Source: Eledone cirrhosa
Taxonomy: Eukaryota
Assembly (NCBI GenBank): GCA_964016885.1
Contig: OZ024742.1
Span: forward strand, 213,218,001-213,282,000
Direction: 5' to 3'
DNA length: 64,000 nucleotides
Shown here: piece by piece, positions 54,050-64,000 of the stretch
Numbering within the stretch: the first letter of the stretch is position 1
Layout: every line of letters begins with the position of its first letter
Translations under genes and position numbers: made by a program
Notes under the pieces: model-generated
The model's database searches: none
Told to the model about the DNA's origin: nothing
Seen by the model: the letters and a program-made list of their open reading frames with translations, nothing else

Positions 54050-55630
54050 AATAAAGAAAATGAGATAATAGAATTTGATCAAACACAGACATACAAATAC
54101 TTAGGAATCAACGAATTAAATAGGTTTCAACACACGCAGATGAAAGAGAAGATTAGAAAGGAATAATACAGACGGATTAGATTACTACTTAAATCTGAAC
54201 TAAATGCAAATGATAAGGTAGTTAGCATCAATACTCTAGCTATCCCAGTAATAAGCTACAGTTTTAATATTTTGAACTGGACACTAAACAAACTAGCTGG
54301 AATAGACAGAAAAGCAAGAATAATAATGACTACATTTAGAATACACCATCTAAAATCAAATGTAGAAAGATTAACCCTTCAACGAACATAAGGAGGAATG
54401 GGCCTTACACAACTAGAACACTCTTATAAAATAACTACTGTAGGACTACAAAAATAACAAGTAACCAAGGAAAGTTAATAGAAATAGCTACAAAACATGA
54501 ACAAAACAAAAAATCGTACTTAGTCTTCAAGGAGGCCAATAAATTTAAAGCAAAAACCAGATTAACAGATAGCTGTGAGGAACGTGAAAATAAACAAGAA
54601 ACAACAACAGAAGTTGTGTAAAACTTAAAATCTAAACTGAAAACAAACTTCCAGAATAGCATATTAAAACGAAGGCAAGAAAAACCCTTACATGACCAAT
54701 ACCTGAAAAGGCTGAATAGGGGGGAAGTAGACAAACAAAATACACAAAACTGGCTACAAAGCACTGGACTAAAAGGCAAGATAGAAAGATTTCTAGCTGC
54801 AGCACAAGCCCACCAGAAACCACCAGAAGTACATAATGAAGCAGAAAATAGTAACTGCAGAATATGTGGAAGTGAGGAAGAAACAATTAACCACATTATC
54901 TCTGGCTGCCCAGTCTTAGCCATAAAGGAATATATGCACATGATAGAGTAGGGACTTACATACACTGGAAATTATGCCAACATTATGAAATATTGACAGA
55001 CAAAATATTTTACAGGCACACATAAAAAAGGTATCAGAGAATGATAAAGCAACCATTTTGGGAATGGACTAGCAAAAGTGGCATAAAACATTGCCAGATT
55101 AATTCATTGGAAGCTCTGTTATAAGTATGACATGAGCAGAAGTGAGATTGGTATGAACATCAACTGGAAAGGGTCACTGAAAATGAACATTATAAGATCT
55201 TGTGAGACATAACAATCCAGTACGACCATTTTTTCGTGGCTAGAAAGCCTGACATTGTTGACTTAGAAAAGAAGAATGACAAAGCATGTATTGTGGATAT
55301 TGCTTCACCGTGAGACCACAAGGTGAATGAGAAAAAAGTGAGAAAGTTGTGAAATACTAGGAGCAGAAGAGACAAAATCAGGAATCAGACTCGTAGAAGT
55401 GGTACGGGCATTGGGAGCAGTTAGTAGAAGTTTGGATGCAAGGCTTAAGAAGCTAGAAATTACCATCGAGACAGGATTGTTGCAGAAAACAGCCTTGCTG
55501 GGAGCAGCAAAATTTCTAAGAAAGGTGTTGAAAAGTTGAAGAAGGAATGACCCAAAAGATCTTTGGCCATTGACTATGGCTCACTCTTTTGGCTTAATGT
55601 CGGTATAACATCCAGAACTAAAGCGTTACG
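54050..55630 (+). mobile_element. R4/Dong-clade LINE remnant(s) flanked by (TAA)n
   Basis: Manual translation: YKYLGINE..KSELNA..INTLAIPVISYSF; CRICGSEEETINHIISGC; ARKPDIV..CIVDIA; AAT runs at about 54038 and 55631. Confidence 0.85.
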
Positions 55631-55723
55631 AATAATAATAATAATAATAACAGTAACGATAGTAATTATTATTGTTATTGTTATTTTATATATAAATTAT
55701 ATATAGATAAAGTTAAATAACGA

Positions 55724-56071
55724 TAAAATTATCATAAACATTCTCTCTACCCCCACCTCCTACGATACCAACTACCCACACCTACCCCACCTCCTACCTA
55801 ACCCCCCCTCTCCCTCAAATTCACTACTTAATCCTTAAAATAGCCCCATCACCATTACCGCCCCTGAGCATTAGGGAAAATATAAGTATTAACAACTTTC
55901 TATGTCACCCGGCAATCTTGATGCTTTCATATGGCACAGTTCTAGGCCGAAACCTGACATAGAAAGTTGTTGATACTTATATTTTCATAATGCTTGGGGG
56001 CGGTATGGTGATGGGGCTATTTTAAGGATGAAGTAGTGAATTTGAGGTAGGGGTGGGGTAGAGAGAATATG

Positions 56072-56080
<9 letters not shown>
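55724..56080. repeat. Fold-back element, arms 55724-55907 / 55955-56080
   Basis: Reverse-complement arms abutting (TA)n. Confidence 0.88.
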
Positions 56081-56141
<61 letters not shown>

Positions 56142-56143
<2 letters not shown>

Positions 56144-57510
56144 CTTTGATAACTTTGATAGGTTTCGGCCAGTATTGGCCCAGGCCTTGTCTAACTTAAT
56201 AGCACCACATGGCGAAGTCTTACAAATCAGTGTTTGGGCACCATGGCCCCCCACTCAAGCAGAGAGTTATTGTTTACGGAGGCATATCCGGGTGTAGGAG
56301 GCTTATCCGGGATTTCTTGAAGGAATTTATCCAAAGACTTCTTGAACTTGATGGGGTCTGTCTCTGCTTTGATGTGTTTTGGTGTAATGTTAAAGAGTGC
56401 AGGGCCAATTGAGGTGAAATAATTGTGCCGTATTGTTGTTATGTGATGCGAGTGGGATTTTTGTCCTGGGCGGATAGCACGGGGCCCAAGCCTTGTGTGT
56501 ACACTAAAGGTGATGCCAACATCATTTGGGCTAAGCTGATGGAATATTTTCCACATCATACAGATAATGTAGCGCTCATGGCGACGTTGAAGAGAATAAA
56601 GTTTGAGCTTTTCTAATCGACCTTTTCTAGTCAAGGCCTGTCATGCCAACTATCTTTTTTGTAATTGACCTTTGGGGTGCTTCAACTTTCATGATACTTT
56701 GTTTCGTGTGGGGTGACCACAGTGGACAACAGTATTGAAGGTGGGGTCGAGCAAAAGTGGAGAAGAGAAGGACAACAGTGTGGATATCTCTCGACTGGAA
56801 AGTTCTGAGTATCCAGGAACACATTCTGCGGGCCATATCAACTTTGCTGTTTATATTGAGTGGCCCAGTTTATATGTTGTCCACAATTACTCCCAGGTCT
56901 CTGATGTTATTGGAAGCCACTCTAGTGGCTTCCAATAGCATCAGAGAGTATGGTTGTTTCAGGGCATCCTTTTTTCCAAAGTGGATTAGTTCAAATTTAT
57001 CCTCATTCAACAGCATATTATTCATCTCTGCCCATTGGATAACAGCCAGTAGGTCTGACTGAAGGCAAGTCCGGTCACCCACCTCATTGATGACCCCTTG
57101 GAGCTTGGAATCATCTGCGTAGATTCTGATGTTGCTGTGTTTGATGATGTCAGTAATGTCATTAATGTAGATGATGAAAAGAAATGGGCCCAACACAGTG
57201 CCTCGTGGGACGCCACTGCTGACTTTGGCAGGGCTTGATTTTACTCCTTCGACTACAACATGCTGGGTTCTGCCTGTCAGGAAACATTTGATCCACTGTA
57301 GTAACCTTCCAGAGACACCAACATTGGATAGTTTTTTCAGTAGAATCTTATGATCAACCCTGTCGAAGTCCTTGCTGAAATCAAGGTAGATGACATCAGT
57401 GTTGGAGCCCTCTCCCAAGGCTCTCAAAACATCGTCGAAGTGATGCAGGAGCTGCGTTAGGCAGTCCCTTCCATTACGGAATCCATGGTGGTTGGAGTTC
57501 AGCAGGCGTT

Positions 57511-57512
<2 letters not shown>
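56142..57512 (-). mobile_element. CR1/L2-group LINE, 5'-truncated RT region between (TA)n tracts
   Basis: YLDFSKDFDRVDH; GVPRGTVLGPFLFIIYIND; YADDSKL; RPHLQYCCPLWSP; 3' tail (ATCAAAGTT)2. Confidence 0.9.
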
Positions 57513-57596
<84 letters not shown>

Positions 57597-57631
57597 TGAT
57601 AGATACCTTTTAAAATGATATTAAAATGATA

Positions 57632-58325
57632 TTTAAAAGGTATCTATATTTGAAGTTCTAGTTAAACTTTAATTAGTTACCTACCTAGCTATGTGTGCTT
57701 ACACACTTTACAAATTATTCCCTGAGATTGTTTCATGTGTTTATTTTATATATATATGTTCAATCTATTTCTAGTTGATATAAAATGGTCGGATCTATTC
57801 ATTGGAATCTTTGAGCTTATTCTCCAGTGAATATGGCGCATGTCTCTCAGACATGACAACCTTAATATAATTTTGGATATATTTATACAGCTCCTTGATT
57901 GTAGAGCTAATTCAGTTGAATGGACTCGGCTGCTATTTCTAGCTGTCGATAATCTTATTCACGCCACTGGGATGACGCGGTGCGATGTCTGTATTTTTTT
58001 ATAAAATGCAACATGAGGTTCGAGTCATTCACAGATTTTCATTTGCTGTGTAAACACAGATGGTTGGATCTTCTCCTTTGGTAACCATCCAGGATTTGAC
58101 CGCTGTGATTTACTGATTAATTGGTGAAATATATTTGTTATTTAAAGAATTATATACAAAGGAGATTAATCATTTTAAAAGGTATCTATATTTGAAGTTC
58201 TGGTTAAACTTTAATTAGTTACCTACCTAGCTATGTGTGCTTACACACTTTACAAATTATTCCCTGAGATTGTTTCATGTGTTTATTTTATATATATATA
58301 TGTGTCAATCTATTTCTAGTTGATA
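57632..58325 (+). repeat. About 150-bp direct repeat at about 540-bp spacing
   Basis: 57632-57780 vs 58174-58325. Confidence 0.9.
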
Positions 58326-58928
58326 CTCACCTTCTTTTTACCCCTCTGCCAGTCACACCCTCTCTCGGCTGGTCTCTTCCTCACACTTCCACTCACTCAC
58401 TCTCTGCTTCTCCCCCTCTCTCACTTCCTCCAATTTGACCTGTATGAAATCCTTTTCTCGCTCACATCTCACCCATGTCGGATGGTCTGTATCTCTCGTC
58501 CATGAATTCACCAACCTTAAGCTTACAGATATCATGTACTTGTTTCTTCCTATCTTTCCGTTGCAATACCATCTTTGTTTGTTTACATGTCTCGCTCGTT
58601 TCACCCTATTTTACTTGTCCCAATAACTTTATTGAGTTATTGCTCGCACCAACCAGAGGTATATGATTTTTAAAGCGATGAAATACCAATGAAAGTTGGA
58701 AGATCACTGATGAAGGACTAATTTTATTCATATGTAACCCATGTGCAACCATACAGCTCTCCATTTTTCTCATATATATATATATTATATATATTATATA
58801 TATATATATATAAAGGACCCTAACATCTTCAACTTTTCCTCTTTATTAATAAACTCCGTCATCCTTGTTTTTAGGAAGTAATATGACGTTGAGTGCCAGA
58901 AGTGAATTGCATCCTTGTATACCGAATG

Positions 58929-58987
<59 letters not shown>

Positions 58988-59812
58988 GGGTAGAACACGA
59001 AGGTAATATCCGTAGTGGTAGAGCACTCAGTCCATGGGACGAGTTAGGTAGAAGTGGTTACACAACAGTTAGTTCACCATAACGAGAACAATTGTTGCAC
59101 CTTAGCGGATCCTCAGCTCGAAATGGACATGGTTGGACGGAACAGGAAGGACAACCGTACGAACGCGCATGCGCAGAAACGGTCACTTCACTCAGGCAAT
59201 ACTAAATTGCGTGCGAGAGGTGTAAGAGAAATAACTGCGAAAGTCCGAAAGTTTCTAGTTGATAAGAAAATTAGGATGTTGTTGTAATTCAATCCGGAGA
59301 TTTGTAGTTATGTAAGAGGTGTTTCCAGACGTGTGGACAACGTGTGAAGAATTCATTACTTGAGTTTAGGCAATCGTTATTGCGTAATCTCTTTAGAATA
59401 TTTATTCGTTCATCAATGCATAGTCCACACGACGGATTTCCCCTTGCGTATGTATGGCTTGTACTTAGTGATGGCTTTCCATTGAATGGAGTAGTCTATA
59501 CTTGAGTCCAGTTTCGTGGATGAACGTCTGTCCGGGTACCTAACGGTCGACTGGTGGTTCAGGAAGCGTTCCTTAAATCGGTCCTCCCTCCGCCATACCC
59601 AAATAGGATTTGACCTCCTGTGGTTGATTTGGTCGGTTGGAAGTGACCACAGCTTCATAAACTACAGCGGATGTGTTGTATTGATGTTGAAGGGGACAAA
59701 CTTCGGGATTACGGCAAGAGCACCCTGGTGGGGTGTTGCTCTTAGGGCTGTTGGTGATGTGGGCCTTCATGTTCTTAGCGCAGGAGTATCCTAGTTTTAC
59801 TTTGTGTCGGTT
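58988..59812 (-). mobile_element. Penelope-like element 3' end: GIY-YIG endonuclease and pLTR with HHR
   Basis: CSCRNPEVCPL..VVYEAVV..YLGMAE..FKERFLNHQ..IQWKAI; HHR at 59083-59120 (GAAA mutated to GCAA); truncated at (GAA)n 59813-59909. Confidence 0.9.
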
Positions 59813-60597
59813 GAAGAAGAAGAAGAAGAAGAAGAAGAAGAAGAAGAAGAAGAAGAAGAAGAAGAAGAAGAAGAAGAAGAAGAAGAAAAAGAAGAAGAAG
59901 AAGAAGAAGTCTATATTCTCCCTCAGAATATATGATCATTTGCCTATATTAAAAATACGAATAATTAATGTGTGTTATAGGTATCATTTAATCTAGTATG
60001 ATTAAGCGAAACAAAGTTTCTTGCTTTTTTCCCAATCACTCTACACACTTTCTTTTCTATATAATTATTTTTTTTTAATTCTAGAAAGCAAATTGAATAT
60101 TTTTATTTTGTCTTGCATTCATTGTAGCAACCGAAAATATCATATAACTGAGTACTTCTTCACTGGGAAAGTAGCTTGTTAGAAAGCATTCTTCGCTTAT
60201 ATTAGCGAAATGCAGCTGTCAGTGAGAAGCAGCATTATTTCATTGATCAAGAGGCTCTTGAAAAATATGATAAATGTTAGAGATATTTGATACGATAGCG
60301 GAGAAGAAAACTACTGTGTAAAATTTAGGTGAATGTAGAACTTGTGTATTTTCGTTCCATATAAATTATAATTCAACAGTACGTTGATAATTGAGAAAAA
60401 TTCATAAATATATATGGGAAGCCAGAATTGACTATTTATTACAGTTGGCTGGAGATTATATGCTCCATATTTCGTCATTCTGATATGCCCATACCCGAGA
60501 CAATTAGCTGTGGTCGATTCACTCTATCTTGTAATCAATATATGCTATGAAGTGAGAGTTCCCACTACTAAATACTGTATAAATGAAAGTGAATATT

Positions 60598-61027
60598 ATA
60601 TAAGTTTCTACATTTTGGAACAAGGTCAGCAATTTGAAGGGAAAGGGAAAGTCGATACCAGTGCGTTATTGGTGCTTTTTTTAATGACCCCGTAAGGATG
60701 AAAGGCAACGGTAACCTTGGCGGCATTTGAACTTAGACCGTAGGGAGGCAAAACTATATGCTGCAAAGCATGTTCTCTGATGCTCTACCAATTCATCGCC
60801 TCCTGGAATATAATTATTTCTACTTTTGAACAAGGCCATTAATTTGAAGACAAGAGGAAAGTCGATTACGCCGACCCCAGTGCGTTACTGGTATTTTATT
60901 TTATCGTCCCTGTCAGGATGAAGGCAAAGTTAACCTCGGTGCGATTTGAAATCAGAACGTAAAAGGCTATAACTATATGGGGCAGAGCATGTTGTCCGAC
61001 GCTCTACCGATACTGCCATTCCAACGC
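60598..61027 (-). mobile_element. SINE family A tandem pair, diverged
   Basis: 60598-60802 and 60808-61027. Confidence 0.85.
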
Positions 61028-61639
61028 GTCTTGAATATTATGTAATAGTTATTTAATGGTAGAACCGGAGTATATATAAAGAAGAAATTAAAAGATGGTT
61101 AAAAAAGTTCCATATATTTTATTATGCGCATTTCGAAAACAACATCATCCTGGGACAAAAATTGTGTTCTCAGATAAAATAAGGTAACATGATATATGAG
61201 GCCTAAAAACACTCGTGAACAAGAAAGTGTCCAACTACATATGACAAAAATATAAGAGAAGAGGAAAAATAGGAAAAATGAAGAAAAGGAAGGAAGGAAA
61301 AGGGAAAAAGAAATAGAAGAGGAAAAAAGAAAGAAAGAAGGAGGAGAGAGAAAGAGAGATAGAGATACTTTTAATCGGGAACGCTGTCAAAAATGAAAAA
61401 CAGCTGTGAATAACGGCTAAAAAAATATAATAAAAATAAATAAATAAATTGATGAGGTGAATGTGCTAATATTAGAAATATTAGTGGTCTAGAATATAGA
61501 AACTGGGTATATTATTTAATATCGAGTTTGAATACTAAAAATTGGATTAAGAAGTGTAAAATGTATTAATAAAATATAAAATAAAATAAAATAAAATAAA
61601 ATAAAATAAAATAAGATAGACTAGAATAAAAAATAATAA

Positions 61640-64000
61640 ACAAGGCTCTCTCATTGGAATTCACACAACATCAACTAGGTAAGTTATGTATGCATGCATG
61701 CATGTGTAGATATGGATGTTATTGAATGTGTGGATGTGTATGTTTTGAGTTTTATGTGTGCATGTGTATATGGTTAGTTTATGTACATGTGTATATGCAG
61801 TTATTAGGTGCAACATTTTTGGAATGTTTTACATATTTATACTGTTCCATTAATGGATTGTACTTGTAATTTCATAACTAGTGTTCTTTCTCTTCCTGTG
61901 AAGCCTAGCTTCTCAAGATTTGTATTGAGGCAGTTACTAACATATCCCAGTTCCACAATAATCACAGGCATAAATCTTAAGGTGTAACCAGGGTGGAGTA
62001 TCTGCAGATTTCTCATCAGTTCTGCATAAATATTCTCCTTTTCGCAAATCTTTGATATTATATTGGCATCTGCTGGACAGCTAACTTCCACTATTGTGCA
62101 TGCCTTTTTTCCCTGTCCCATAACATAATATCTGGTCTGTTATGCCTGCATTTAATTGGGGTTTTTACCGGAACATTCCACCAGTACTCTTTCATATTAT
62201 GTATATGTATGTCTTCCACATTGTTGTAGCTTTTAATGTATCGGGGCTATCTTTCCTACGGATTGCATTAGACAGTGTTTTGGCCACTACATCATGCCTC
62301 ATAGGTAGATAGTACCGCGATGACATCTTTGGACAGCTGCTGATGACATGGGTGACATCTTCGATGTTAATTCTGCAGAGTCTGCACTTGTTATCACATC
62401 TATGTGTTTTGCCTGCATCCCTATCTCTTTTGTGAATCAGGTATGTCGTGTTGATTTCCTGTTCTTGGATTGCAAAAGCCAATATAGCGGTTGTTGGTCC
62501 AAGATAGACTACTTTCCTTATCTACATTACTCTCACTCTGGAGCTTCCTGGCAACATATCCATGCATGATTTTTTGCTGATAAGCATGCAGTTTTTCATC
62601 CATGGATTCACTGCGATACTGCTGAGCGACTTCCCTGGGTGTGAGTTTTTGATTATCACACAGGGAATAACTCTCGAGGAGTTCCTACCCAACTCTCATG
62701 ATCTTATCTGTTTCAAGCAGATAGACTTGCTCGATAGACGGGCTCCTACGCTTTGAGGTTCGTAGATGTTGTCGGAGCAACATTCAAATGTTGTCTGGAC
62801 TGATGTTAGGCCTCTGCCTCCCTGCTTACGTTTCAAGTAAAGGCGGTCTGTGTCACTGTTGATGTGGAAGTCTCCGGTGTTGTTTAGTATTTTTCGAGTT
62901 CTAACATCAATCGCTCGGATTTCGTCTATCGTCCAATTGAGTATTCCAAAAGTTGGTGTTAGGACAGGCACAGCAAACACATTATGAGCCACTGTTTTGC
63001 TTTACGCAGAGAGTTCCGATGACCATATCTTTCTTAATCGGGTGTAGTATTCCCTGGTTACGCGTTTCTTATTACAGATACCATTATAGGATATGTTCTC
63101 ATCTATCCCCAGGTACCTGTAGCAGTCCTCATCAGACATTGGTGAAACAGTTAGGCCATTGATACAAATGTTGCTAGATTGGGTTGTTGTTTCTCCCCGC
63201 TTTACAGTCATATACGAACATTTATCTTGGCCAAACTCCATTCCTATATCCTTTGAGAACGCTGTAACAATGTCAAGATGTTTCTTCATCCCTTCCATGT
63301 TCTTGGCATAGAGTTTCAGATCGTCCAGAAAAAAATTATGGGTTAGGTTCGTATTTCTGTCCTCCTGTGAGCCAATGATGTATCCTTCACATTTCTTGAG
63401 CAGAAAGGACAAGGGGTTTAATGACAGGATGAATAATATCACAGAGAGACTGTCTCCCTGAAATATACCCCTGCGATATTTTATTTTATCAGTGAAAATA
63501 GAGTCCTCCTTCTCTGTTTTTAACTTTAGGATAGTAGCCCAAGAAGACAGCTTCTCTATGACTCTGATAATAATGTCTGGGACTTTAACAAGCCTCTATC
63601 ATCCAAGAGTGGAGAACAGAATCGAAAGCTTTCCTGTAGTCCAGCCAGACTGTAGCCATATTCCTCCTAAGTTGTCGCACCTCCGACATCGCTGTTTTGT
63701 TGATTAGGAGCTGTTCAGCACATCCCCAAACCCCTTTCTTTCCAGCTGCTTGTTCATCTGTGATGATGTTATTATTTTCACAGTGATCTTGGAGGAATAG
63801 GTTCAGGCAGGCCGTATACATCTTATACATCAGGTTCTGGCATGCAATGGGTCGGTAGCTTTTTGCCAGGTGGGTGTCTTTGTTGTTGGGGACCAGTAAT
63901 GTTTGTGCTAATGTCAAACTATTCTGGTATAAGTGTATCTCCCTTAAGAACTTGTTGGTAGAGGTCAGTAAGATACCTCCGATAGAAAATCAGTTTTTTG
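61640..64000 (-). mobile_element. R4/Dong-clade LINE (RT, CCHC and RLE), same family as 26441; continues beyond the window
   Basis: YRPIACQNL; EQAAGKKG; WLDYRKAFDSV; GIFQGDSLS; FFLDDLKLY; CRLCRINIEDVTHVISSC; VEVSCPAD. Confidence 0.92.

Noticed and set aside
59733-59996. Poly-lysine ORF
   Set aside because: (GAA)n microsatellite

Overview
AT-rich, microsatellite-rich eukaryotic DNA, most likely octopus (inferred from the SINE and LINE families). No host protein-coding gene can be supported; most ORF-track entries are microsatellite artefacts or decayed retroelements. Recognisable content: about 20 copies of a tRNA-derived SINE plus a second SINE family; three decayed Tx1/L1-clade LINEs; R4/Dong-clade LINEs at (CATA)n and (TAA)n tracts; CRE, RTE, CR1/L2-group and Penelope-like (PLE) fragments; a mariner relic; and two minisatellites. 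The main finding is a dense set of type I hammerhead ribozyme (HHR) motifs from about ten apparently unrelated sequence families: six have an intact CUGANGA/GAAA/UH core, and others have variant or decayed cores. They mostly lie in short, ORF-less fold-back or tandem elements beside (TA)n tracts, and one family links directly to a PLE GIY-YIG endonuclease. The main SINE also shares its 3' tail with the Tx1-like LINE, a candidate mobilising partner. All coordinates and pairings were read by eye; element boundaries are approximate.
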